Below, in pieces: positions 12,979 to 24,912 of a stretch of 64,000 nt of DNA. Source of the DNA: Schmidtea polychroa (lineage: Eukaryota); NCBI GenBank assembly GCA_044892525.1, contig CM097885.1, forward strand, positions 10,108,001-10,172,000. The letters run 5' to 3'. The notes below the pieces were generated by a model that was not told the DNA's origin, did not search any database, and saw only the letters and a program-made list of their open reading frames with translations. Both the position numbers and the translations under genes were made by a program. Each line of letters opens with the position of its first letter. The first letter of the stretch is position 1.

Positions 12979-14440
12979 AACATATGGATTTTTCCGTTGA
13001 GTTCATTCCTCCTTTCTAGCCGGCGACCCCCAGAAGGGATCATAGCGGTCCATATGTTACCACAAGGAGTTGCAGTCATGACGAGACTTATTATCCGAGT
13101 TCAAGTGACTAAGCGTGTTTCCTAGTCACGTGGCCAATTGGAATCTCCATTCCAATTATTGTCGTTATATGCACATAAATGTACATATAACTTGCCTCAA
13201 TCCAACCAGGTCAATGCACAAAAGGATTCTGCTATCTAGTACGACTTGAGGGTAAGATTTACTGAGTTATTAATTCAATTTTATACCATATTTGCATATA
13301 GTGTAATTCACTAAATATCTTCCCTTAATCATTGGTAAAAAGAAACAAAACATTTTCAAAGTGCCAGAAGTCAGCTTCCATACGCAGCTCCAGTATCCCA
13401 ATCGTTACAAAAGAGCCACCAAGCACCGGCAGTCAACCACTATAAATGGCACTAAGTAACCACTTCGTAACAAAAACCCAATGGAGTATGCATATAATAT
13501 ACCGAGTACGAACATAAAGGACTCAGTTTCATATGCATACGTCGTACTTCTTGTCCGGTGGAAAATAGTTTATGCTCACCGGTCAAAACCAGTTTATAAT
13601 GCTTTAAAACTAACTCCACCCTTTCGGGCTCCCTTTCGAGATCCTAGGCAGAGAATGATAGTCGGATTCCCATAAGTAATATCACTTTATTCGATTCAGT
13701 TTGACCAGTATTATACCCACCCAGATATAACTTGGGTTACCCACAATAGTTCCAAGATATTCCTTCCGGTAATAATATGCCAGTGATATTCCATATTTTG
13801 TCAATTTCACAATATGTGCTCCATTTCAACTCCTTGCGGAATTGAACTTCACACAAGGAAATTGCCAATAGACCAAATCTAATGCACCTGTTCTTTAGAC
13901 TTTAGTCTTAGAAAATTGTACCGGATTATGAATTGTACACAACTAGTCTTATTCGAACTTTGCGGTACCAACTTGGTTTATTATCTATCGGACCCCTATT
14001 TCCTAGTAGGATCAAAAGTTCCAACTAGAAATCGTCGGTTAACCTCCTCAAATCCATTTTCATGAACCCAAAGATGTTAGCCTAGGAGCCACTACCCGGG
14101 ATAGTTAGTTAGACACCCTTGAGTAACACTCTCTCACACTTAACGGTTGCGAGTTTGCACAAATAATGTGTTATTCAATTCATCAATTCCCAGTGCCCAA
14201 ATAGAACACCATGAATTGTCAGTATACTCGGGCAAACCCTTAGGATTTTAATAAATCAAACTAATATCCAATCTATATGATTCATTCATTAGGTTAGACC
14301 TTTCGATTCTCATAGAACATGAGTTATCTAGCTGATACCTCAATGAGGTTTGCCCACCAATAACATTTTGACAAACTGTCCCTGTTAAGGGAGTCATGAT
14401 TGCTTTTACTTGTTTATCCGGTGAATTACTTCTATATAGC
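12979..14440 (-). ncRNA. Candidate large structured non-coding RNA (possibly an orphan rDNA 5' ETS or an element-associated RNA)
   Basis: More GC-rich than its flanks, no credible ORF, about ten clear hairpins with GNRA loops and G-U wobbles that favour the minus strand. Confidence 0.6.
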
Positions 14441-14562
14441 ATTCATTAGATATTGAGTAAAATTGATATCAAAGTTATTTATCAGCATATGCATTAACAA
14501 TACTAGTAGTGTAAATATAGATAATATAGATAATGATAATATTTATAAAACAATAACAAAAT

Positions 14563-16105
14563 TACGGTTTATGAAGTAGGGGCACTCGATCTTGTCTGTC
14601 TCCACCAGTTACTCAGGCTTGACACGTAAATCTGGATAGGGGCTTCAAGCGGCTCACAAACACTGTGCGTTTTTCGCCGGATTTATATTGCCTAACCCTA
14701 CGGCGAGGCATCCTAAACAACTACCAGATAAAGGGACTTTTATTCTTTACTACAAGGGACTTGGAATGTAGACCAATCGTCCACCGTAAACACTACTTTA
14801 ACATTGGAACAGTCATGTGTTTCAGACCAGTGTCTTCAACGAATATGGAAATTGGAACTAAAGTCGACACCACGCACTATATAGTCGCGAAGTCCAGCTA
14901 AGCGCCTTTAGGGACAAATCATCACATCATGCTTGGTGAGATTTATTCTCAACAAGCTCTCAAAGGAGCCTCATCCACTTGGTACTTACCTGCCTTCTCA
15001 TAGTTTCTGCTATAAAGATTCTCGTTGTCGTTGATGATCTGGACGTCCAGAACCATCGCTTGGTTGTCTTTAAGAAGAATAAGATCCGGTTTGCGGTAGC
15101 TCTCCTTGTAGGGTATAATCGGTTCAACTAATGCCTCCCACCCTTTGCTCCGTGCCGCAGACACTATATAATTAACTAACTTATTGTGCCTTTCTATTCT
15201 CAGACCATACAAGCCTGGGCACTTTTGAGCAATGTGGTTAAAACTACAAGGGTCATCGCAACCGACTTTACATTTAAGCGGTCTTTCTGCGTGCATCATA
15301 CTGATCCTAGTTGGTGTATATATTAAGCTACTTCTTACTTTTACTGCATTGATGAATGTGCGACCAGTCATCAATTTCTCTCTTGCAGTTAACCATTTGT
15401 GTGCGCACTGCACTTCTTTGGCTTATCTTAGCCCCTTACCTACTAACTTACCATATAGGGCCATAGTAGTGGCTTCGTAAAATTGTTTCTTGGTGGCTAT
15501 TGGCGTCTCTTGTAAGTATAACGGTTTGTTCCACTTTGCCAACTGTGCTTTCACGGCTTCGTTCTCGGCCAGTGAGCTTATCCTCTCATCCCTGCATTCT
15601 TCAATTCTTCTAAGCCTATCACGCTTCGCAAATAGTACCTCTGCCAACAGGGCTGGCACACCCAGCCCCCCATTTTTTACCTTACTATTAATAAAGGATG
15701 AACACGTGTCGGTTGGCAGGTGTAACCATTTGCGAACCGCGCCTCTAGTCATTTTATCCAATACCCCCAATTCTGTGGTATCAGTTTCCCCCAGCACAGC
15801 CTCATGTAAGATACCTGGTATCAAAAAATCTCTTAGCACTTCTAATTTTTGTTGCGGCTTAATAGGTGCCTTCGTAATATTCTCTAGTCGTTTAGTATAA
15901 AGATTGGAAAGCTTTTTAGTTGTACGACCAAGGGCTCCAAATTGGATTTCCAAATACTTATAGTAATCGTCAGCTGACATGGCAGGGAACTCTTCCCCAT
16001 CAGCACTTACCTTTTCATTAGTGACCATCCATTTTTTCTGCTTACCGTCCCCTCGCCCTATAATGGAGGCACTCTTACTTGGATTTATACTAAGGCCATT
16101 ACATT
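14563..16105 (-). mobile_element. 5'-truncated R2-clade non-LTR retrotransposon (RT C-terminus, zinc knuckle, restriction-like endonuclease, ~300-nt 3' UTR)
   Basis: GLSINPSKS..GKQKKW, YKYLEIQFG, ITKAPIKPQQKLEVLRDFLIP, RKWLHLP..GGLG, CKVGC..HIAQKC..RH, RKPDL..VLDVQI. The ORF tail DLSLKALSWTSRLYSAWCRL* ends at ~14858; stops and frameshifts are present. Confidence 0.9.
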
Positions 16106-16109
16106 AAGG

Positions 16110-19100
16110 CTGGGCTCTACAATATTTCTTTTACACAAAGCATTAAAGAAAATAACAATTTACTTAGGATATTATTCTAGTAACAACTGGAAACTACCCA
16201 ACATAACTGGTGTCAAAAGTCCCTCGCATTCGACGATTTTCTTCAATCACTATGTCTTTCAGAATACTTATTATAGAAGTATAAAGGATAGTGATTCTTT
16301 TGGTTGAACACAGTAAGCCATATCCATGAACAAACTCATCTTTTGTTAGCACAGCAAGTAATAAAAAAACCATCAACAAACTAATAATGGCAACTGACCA
16401 AACAAATCCAACAAACATATCACAAACATCCAATAATGATGAAAACACACATGATGGAAAATACGAATTACAACTATAACTCAAACACCAACACGGATAA
16501 TACACACACCATAAACTCATTAATTAACCCGAGAACAAACATCCAAAACTACTTTAACGACGAAAATGGGACACCCCAAAAATGGCTAGAATCCGCCAAA
16601 TTAACCCTAACCTTATCGGAAATAAAGTCGACGAAAATGCTTTGTTCAAACATGATCACCCCACTCCCAAGTAGCAAACTGAACGAAATAGATGACCAAA
16701 TTGAAGAAATTGCAAAGAGAGAAGACCCGTTCAACAAACTTTGAAACGTTCTTACAAATAATAACAAAATCAATAGGAGGAAAATGCTGGAATCATGTCT
16801 CAATAATACACAACTTGACGACAATAAACCAACAGATTTCCTTCGCCAACTAAAACAAAAATTGGAGTACCTCCAAACAAATATAACTAATTCTGGATCA
16901 AATGAATTAGTAAAAGACTTTTTCATGCGAGGAATGCCGCCAGAAATAAGACGTATTCTCGCAGCCAGCAGCAATTCGGACGTAGAAACGTTAGCAGACA
17001 TAACAGATAAAATCAATGAAGAAATTTATCCACCTATATGCAGCACTCAAAACTACAACAGAAACAAAACAAATCACCACAACGAGCCAAGCAACAAAAA
17101 CACTGAACCAAACGAAACAACAAACCAACTAATAAACACTCTGATTAACAAATTCGATGAAATAATTGTCGAAAACAGAATTAGCCGAAATAGAAGAGAA
17201 ATACAACAAGCAAATTTTCAATTCAAACAAAAATAGAGACCTACACAACAGAAACAATTTCAACACAAACCAACCATCAGATAATCATAACGGACAAAAC
17301 TATAACCAATCATTAGACGGAAACAACAGGCAGAACTACAGCCGCAGACAATACCTAAACAATCACTACAGAAACCGGGTTAACTCCCCAAACCGATACA
17401 ACAACTACCGAAACAACAGCCTAGAAAAAGAATCAAAAATCCAGTTTATAAACAAAAACTACTGCTACTTTCACAACAATTTAGGTGACAAAGCATATAA
17501 ATGCACAAAACCCTGTGAATATCACAAAATAGAGCATAGAAAACTAAAACCGTCACTGTTAATAGCACCCACATTCAGTGACAGAAACAATACATTTTTG
17601 GTGCACACAAATAAAATTGACCTTCTAATCGACACAGGCTCCGTCATATCACTACTGCCTCACTACATGTACAAAAACGCAAAAAACACAGAAAAATCAC
17701 AAACAGTCGCAAATGGCTCTGGTATAAAAATATTTGGCCAGCACACACTAACCTTAACAATAAATTCACAAAAATACAACTGGTCATTCACAATCGCAGA
17801 GGTACAACAATCAATAATCGGAGATGATTTCCTAGCACACTACAACTTAATAGTGGACTGCAGAAACAAAAAATTAATTGAAAACCTCACATCAGACAAG
17901 AAAACCAGCAAGATTAAAACGACAAACATTTCAAAAGTTGACATCGGCGTGATACAAACAAGCACACCATATATTAAAACAATCAAAGCAATTGAACACG
18001 TTCCAAAAATAACTGCACTTCTGGCAAAATACGATAAGCTCAAATCACTCCACTGAACACGCCACCGAAATTAATGGAAACCCAATATACGCAAAAGTCA
18101 GACAACTAGACCCACAAAAGACAAACATCACGAAAGAAATTTTCCAGGAACTACTGGAAAACAATATAGTAACACATTCAAATTCAGACTGGTCATCAGT
18201 ACTAATGCTCAAACAAAAGGCAAACGGGAACTGGAGAGCTTGCGGAGACTACAGAATGCTCAACAAAATGACAGAACCAGATAACTACCCACTGCCGATC
18301 ATAAGAGATATAATAAATAGACTCAAAGGAGCAAATTTTTCTCAAAAATTGACCTGCAAAAAGCTAACCACCAAATTCCAATCAGAAAGGAGGACATTAG
18401 AAAAACAGCAATCGTAAGACCAATCGGCATGTTCGAATACAACCGAATGCCATTTGGTTTACGAAATGCAGCAGCAACATTTCAACGTTTCATGGATCGA
18501 ATCCTGAAAAACAACAAAAATACAATCGCATATTTGGACGACATATTAATAGTCAGCCCAAATAAAGAATCTCATCTAATAGACATAGATAAAGTGTTGA
18601 AAACACTAAACACAACAAATATCAAAATAAACTCCCGAAAATGCGAATTTTTGAAAAAAGAAATTAATTTTCTCGGGCACACATTAGAGTCGAATGATTA
18701 GACGAAAAGGGTACAACTCCTATCGAGAAAAAAATCAGTTCAATCCAACAATACCACTCCTATATACCAAATTGCAGCCAACTTTTAGCTACCCTAAACG
18801 ACCTAATAAAAACAAGACAAAACTGGACCGAGAGAGCAATCAAAAACTTCGAGAAAGCACAAACAAGCTTATCTCAAGCCACACTACTTGGATACCCGGA
18901 TCCAAAACGAGATTACAACTTAGCAACAGATTGTTCCAGATTTGCAATTGGAGCAACTCTTTACCAAGACAATGAATTTGGTAAAAAGTCTATTGGTTTT
19001 TTCTCTAAGAAATTAAAAATTTACCAAATAAGATATTCTACATTCGATCGAGAGCTGCTCGCAATTCATGAAGCCATAAAACATTTCCAACATCTACTAG

Positions 19101-21100
19101 AAGCAAGGAACTTCAAGATTTATACAGACCACAAACCTCTTACAAACGCGATAGAAATGAAAAATCCATCGCCTAGACAAATATGAAAATTAAAATTACA
19201 TATAACAATTCAACTGTACAATCAATTATATCGCTGGAGCAGCAAACATAGCAGCAGACATATTGTCAAGAACCGAAATTTTTGAAGTCGAAACAATCAA
19301 AAACAAACAAGTGGAAACACTACCAACAAAACATAGCCTAAAACTCGAACAAATCAACGATTGCTGGTACGACATCAGTAAAAAAAATAAACCAAGAATA
19401 CTCCCACCGAAAGAAAGCAGGAATAAGTGAATCTCAAAGATACACAACATCAATCACCCAGGAAACAAGGCCACATGCGAAATCATCCACAACAAATACA
19501 TATGGCCAAACATGCGAAAAGAAATAAAATATTTCGTCAAGACATGCAAAAGTTGTCAGATGAACAAAACTGCAAAAATAACTAACGGTTGAAAAAGTAA
19601 ATTTCCCAAGCAGCAAGCTTTCGAAACAATACACATAGACATAGTAGGACCATTACCACCAAATAACGAATACAAGTACTTACTAACGATAATAGACAGA
19701 AAGACAAACTGGTTCGAAATATTCCCACTGAAAGAAATATCCGTATAAAACCTCTGTAACAACATCGAACTAAACTGAATAGCCCGATATGGACAACCCA
19801 AAACTTTGATAACAGATCAAGGGAGACAGTTTGAGTCAGAACTATTTAATGCCCTATATAAAAAATATGAAATAAAACGTAACAGAACCACTTCTTACAA
19901 CCCACAAGAAAAAAGGGAAAATCGAAAGATTACATAGGAAACTTAAACAAAGCATTAGAACCAAAGAAAACGACAGAAATTGGCTCACCGAATTACCGAC
20001 AATTCTACTGGGGTTAAGGAACACCCCCAACTCAATCGACAACGACAGCCCTTCCTTTGCAGAGAATCAATCCTCCCATCTCTCGAAAACAAGACAACAG
20101 ATAATACAGAAACAAATAAACAAACAACTAACAAAAATAGCGGAAACATAGAAAAAGACCCAAAAGGAATTTTAGAAAGGAAACAAGACTCTAAATTCGA
20201 CGGAAAAACAGTACTAACAACAGATTGCATCCTAATAAAAAAAACCATTCACAAAAGGTTTTGAATACAAATACGAAGGACCATTCAAATTACTTGAAGT
20301 CAACAAAAACGTAGCCACAATAATCAAAAACAACAACAAGATGAAACTAAACATAAAGCGAATAAAACCCTACCACCAGAACCCAAAATACAAAACATAG
20401 ACTCAAACACAAAAAAAACACAACCAAACCACAAAAACATCACATTCAATTACAAACACTTAATAAAACTATTCGACAAAGACACAATAATCGCACCTCC
20501 ATACAAAAAACAATACACTCATGCCTCGCTATACGGCTGCTCTTTATACGGCTGCTCTTTATACGGCTTTTCGCTATAACGGCCTACTTTAATTACGGCA
20601 CTTTTCGATTTACGGCCTAAAATGTTTCGTTATACGGCCAAAAATCCTATTGAATTTATATGGAATTGTATCAAAATGTATTTGATTCGTTATGCGGCGT
20701 TTCGCTTTGCGGCCAACTTTCCTGGAACGTATCTAGGCCGTAAAGCGAGGTATGAATGTACAGTGAATGCATTAAATAAAAACTCACACAAACAGAACAC
20801 AAGCACAAACAAAAGCAGTTGTACAGTTTTTATTTCGTTGTAATTACGGAACAGTTCGTAATTTTTTTTTGTTTTATCCAGGTTGCATATAAAAAAGATG
20901 AAACAAAATAAATACAAAAACATACAAAAAACATACAAAAAAAATTAATAAAATGCTACCGAATGTTAATCTTCATGTTACTTTTTATATATGCATGTTA
21001 ACCTCCGATTTTAAAGGGGAAAGTTATGTACTATACTGTTATACTATTTTTTTTGTTTCATATGGATTGTAGTTTTAATAGTCGCGTGTTGCTTGTAGAA
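16110..21100 (+). mobile_element. Near full-length decayed Ty3/gypsy LTR retrotransposon
   Basis: LTR end ACATAAC then PBS-like TGGTGTCAAAAGT (~16208), gag with CYFHNNLGDKAYKCTKPC, protease LIDTGS, RT WRACGDYR / MPFGLRNA / YLDD, RNase H, integrase HIDIVGP, polypurine tract AAAGGGGAA and LTR start AGTTATGT at 21022; many frameshifts. Confidence 0.92.
20516..20758. mobile_element. Tc1/mariner-pogo-type MITE inserted in the gypsy 3' region
   Basis: TIRs CACTCATGCCTCGCTATACGGC / GCCGTAAAGCGAGGTATGAATG, TA on both sides, internal TACGGC repeats. Confidence 0.85.
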
Positions 21101-21521
21101 ATATTTAAAAAAATAAAAAACTATATAGCAGATTGACAGAATAAAAAGTCAATAAAAAAATTAATTTTAAAATTTGTATCTCTAAGAAAAGTAGTCTAAG
21201 TACAGTTCTATTTATAAACTGAATTCAGGTCCTAAATCTGTTGTATTTGGTAAATTTTGGTAAATTTTGGTAAATTTTGCTCAGAAATATTATTTGGAAC
21301 GAAATAATTATAATTGTATAAAAAGAACACTAACGAAATTAATAAAGGAGGAAGTAAATCAAATATACGAAAAATAACGAAATCTATTCCTTTTGATAAA
21401 TTTCCCTATAAATATTAGTTGTAACGATATGTTTGAATTTGTATATACCGAAACTTAACGAAACTTAATAAAAGAAGATATTTTCCAGGGGTGTGTGTGG
21501 ATGGGACACTACCATCTAGTT

Positions 21522-21644
21522 CAGTGGCGTACGCGGGGGGGGGGGGTTGTTGGGGGTTTAACCCCCATGATTCCAACAACAATATAAAAAACTATAATTA
21601 GTAAATCTATAAACTTAAAACAATTTAAGAAATATTCCGAATGC

Positions 21645-21699
<55 letters not shown>

Positions 21700-23103
21700 C
21701 CCGACAAGAGGGGGGGGGGGGGTTTGATGGGGAAAATACCCGAGGCCCCGGAGAAAAAATCTATCATGATTTAAATCACTTGATTTTTTTATGAAAAAAA
21801 TCATGATTTCAATTTGTAGGAACTATGTTCCTCTTTTCGTTGTGCGTGTGTGTGGGGTACGTCTGGAGAGTGTCCGTTGCCAAGATTGCTTTCGGAACCC
21901 CCGTTGCGAAAAAGTCTACACGGCACAAACGCATCTTGCAGTAATGGTAAGCACATGTGGCAATCTTTTGTTTGTCAAGAGTCAAGTGCTTGCTATCACT
22001 AGTTTTTGACATTTTGAGCCTGTTTCATTATTTACAAACTCTATTATTATTTAACTAAAAGAAAAATTACAAACATTAATAGTGTAGTAAGTGTAGTTGT
22101 TTGATCAATGTGAAAATCTCCAGGAAGAAGCGGATAAAGTAATCGTGTTTGTGAACTAACCCGAAAGTGAATAAGAAATTAACCTAAGCGTTGGGCTACA
22201 AAGCATTTCTTTACCGGTGCTGGAGTGCTGAAGTCGAATTTTCGATTATTAGTAATTAGCAGTCAATGGGAGACCGCCATCGACTCCGATATTCGTGACG
22301 TGGATGAATTAGAAATGACACCAAGTGACGAATTCAGAACAAATGTTTTCAATGTTTTCTTAGATTGTATTATTGGAAATATTGCAAGAAGATTTAATGC
22401 GGCTAAAGAAATTGATTCGTTATTTAATGTATTATGTTTATTTCATAACCTTAATGATGAAGAAATACAAAAGAAGTCCGAAAAATTACAAAAGGTATAT
22501 GAAAATAATATTGACCATAATCTTGGTGAAGAAATACTCCATTTAAAATCAATTTATGATGCCAATATACAAAACAAATCTCTCTCGCCCATTGAGTTAC
22601 TAAACATCATTAAAAAATGAAACTGGATGTATTGTTTCCCAACATAATAATAGCAATAAGATTATTTTGTACGATACCTGTAACCGTTGATGAAGCAGAA
22701 CGATCCTTTAGTGTTTTAAAAAGAATAAAAGATGTTTTGAGATCCACAATGTCACAACACCGATTTAATGATTTAGGAATGTTGTCGATTGAATCTGAAA
22801 TGGTTAAGAAAATTGATTTTCAAGACGTAATTAATTTGTTTGCTAGGCGCAAGGTTCGGAAAGCAACATTCTAAAAAATAATTTGTTTTTTGTACTTTTT
22901 TTGTAATTTTAGTTGTAAACGTTTTCATTTTTGTAAGAGAATTTTTGATGAATACATTGTTCCAATAACAATTAGGACATTTTTCGGTTTCCCGCTTCAT
23001 TTATAAATAGCCCAAAGTCCGAGGGGAAAATTTTTCTTTCACGCTATTGGCAGGGGCCCCCACAAGAAGTATATCCCCGGCCCCAAAATTCCTCTCGGCG
23101 GTC

Positions 23104-23189
<86 letters not shown>

Positions 23190-23257
23190 CCCCCCCTCTA
23201 TATATATAAAAATAATATATATAAACCCCCCATGGATTCATCCTGCGTACGCGCCTG
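21522..23257. mobile_element. hAT MITE (outer element of a nest)
   Basis: Perfect 8-bp TSD ATCTAGTT (21514-21521, 23258-23265); imperfect TIRs CAGTGGCGTACGC / GCGTACGCGCCTG. Confidence 0.88.
21696..23106 (+). mobile_element. Internally deleted hAT transposon inserted in (TA)n
   Basis: Imperfect TIRs TAGGCCCGACAAGAGG / CCTCTCGGCGGTCCTG. ORFs 22225-22874 encode the hAT C-terminal dimerisation region (LFPNI..TIPVT..AERSFSVLKRIK..LRSTMSQ). Confidence 0.88.
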
Positions 23258-23300
23258 ATCTAGTTTACTCAATGATAATTATATGTTCTAATCAATGATG

Positions 23301-23952
23301 TGTTGGGTTATTATATATTGAAGTCTGATTCTGATTCCTCGTAGTCTTGATCTCAATTGATCAAATATGACCCAACACAGAATAATTTATTGAAACTCAA
23401 TCAAAATCTTTACAATATTGTTAATCACACTCACATTCCGCACCTTTTAATGATAACCTCAGGATGAGAATCCCAATGGGAAACTGTCTTTATTTATCCA
23501 TCAACTTTTCACTTGTTTATTTGTTTGTAAATTTCAGTTAGAGTTTGCTTCGCTCTCTTTGTTTGTTGTTTATTTAGTTCTTCGACCAAATCACAATTAG
23601 TTAATAGTGCTGCTTTATGCGAGTAGACTGTTTTGTAATTTAATTTTGTGGGACTGATTATTTAGGTTTGGGTTTCACAATTAACTACTAAATTATTTAT
23701 TTGTTTTTAATTAGTTTGTATTTTTTGAATATTTTTTGCCTGGGAACGCCCAATTAATGTTATATTATTATATTTGTATTCCTTTCATCATTAGTCATTC
23801 ATACATACCAATTTTCCCGGAATACATAATTTTAAAATTTTTGAAATTTTAATTAATTAATTAAAATTTAATTTAAATTAATTAAGTTTTTTATTTTGTA
23901 TATTTTTTGGCCCATTCAAATTTTTTTTAGTAACTTTATGAGAACCCTAACA
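23301..23952. mobile_element. Solo LTR
   Basis: TGTTGGGTTA...CCCTAACA termini; shares cccaacacagaataa.tttattgaa with the solo LTR at 53328. Confidence 0.6.
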
Positions 23953-24912
23953 ACTGTTCGATTTGCAATCATTTGTAATTTTCTTTCGACACCTTCATAT
24001 ACTATTGCATATACCGACTCCTCGGATGCTTTGTAACTTGACATAAATCAAAATCTGGAGCTAAAACAAGTAGAGAATGGAAAAAGAATCTTTAAAACCT
24101 TTTAATAACGATAAAACAAATATTATAAAAATAAAAAACTCTTTTATTACTTATTTTTATTCCCGAATTCCTAGGACGTCCCAAGTGCCGATGATAGCCA
24201 AGCAAGCTTAAAAAAAGTCTGTCATTAGAAATGGCATTGCATTTAAAACTTTTAATAGTAAAAAATTATTTTATTATTTTATGTATTTTAAACATTAAGA
24301 TAAAAAAAAATCAAAAATTTCAAGCATGTTAACATAAAAGTCTGCAAAAACTACAATAAAGAGATAACAAATGATATGCGAGTTCATTAATTTGAAATTT
24401 GATCAAATGTCAATAAAATATATTATTTTAAAGTACTAAATAATGTTAATAATAAAATTTGTTAGTTCTAACCAATTCATGATCAAATTATAATAAAAAT
24501 GTTCTCTTATATATTTATTGAATAATATTATTGATTTAGTAATATTACACACACTCACACGCAACGCACACACTCACAATAATCCTATTGGCTGGAATAG
24601 GGAAAGGAAATCATCTACGACATTTTTCTTGATGGAATTTATGATTAACATTTTTAATTGATTTTCAGGTAAGTAAATTATTTTCTAGTTTTAATACAAT
24701 AGAAATTTAGATTTTTTTCTCTTTGTTTATTAGAGCAAACAGAAAACAATAATTATGATAATTAATTATCATTAGAAATTTGTAGTTTAGTATGCATACA
24801 TTCAAATGATGTGTGCGTCCAGTCAAATACAGTAGCCTTTTGACGTATACATTATTTCGAGATTGATGTTATTTTATCAATATTCAATTTCGAAAATTTG
24901 TACGAATTATTT

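Noticed and set aside
12979..13080. HDV-like ribozyme (AACTCCTTGTGGT resembles P3/L3)
   Set aside because: P1, P2 and J4/2 could not be assembled with canonical lengths; kept only as a generic pseudoknot candidate
13203..13211. ACCTGGTTG resembling the 5' end of 18S rRNA
   Set aside because: The match stops after 9 nt and no 18S sequence follows
14289..14297. CUAACCUAA in the structured region as a telomerase template
   Set aside because: It would template TTAGG, whereas the likely host group uses TTAGGG; a 9-mer is expected by chance
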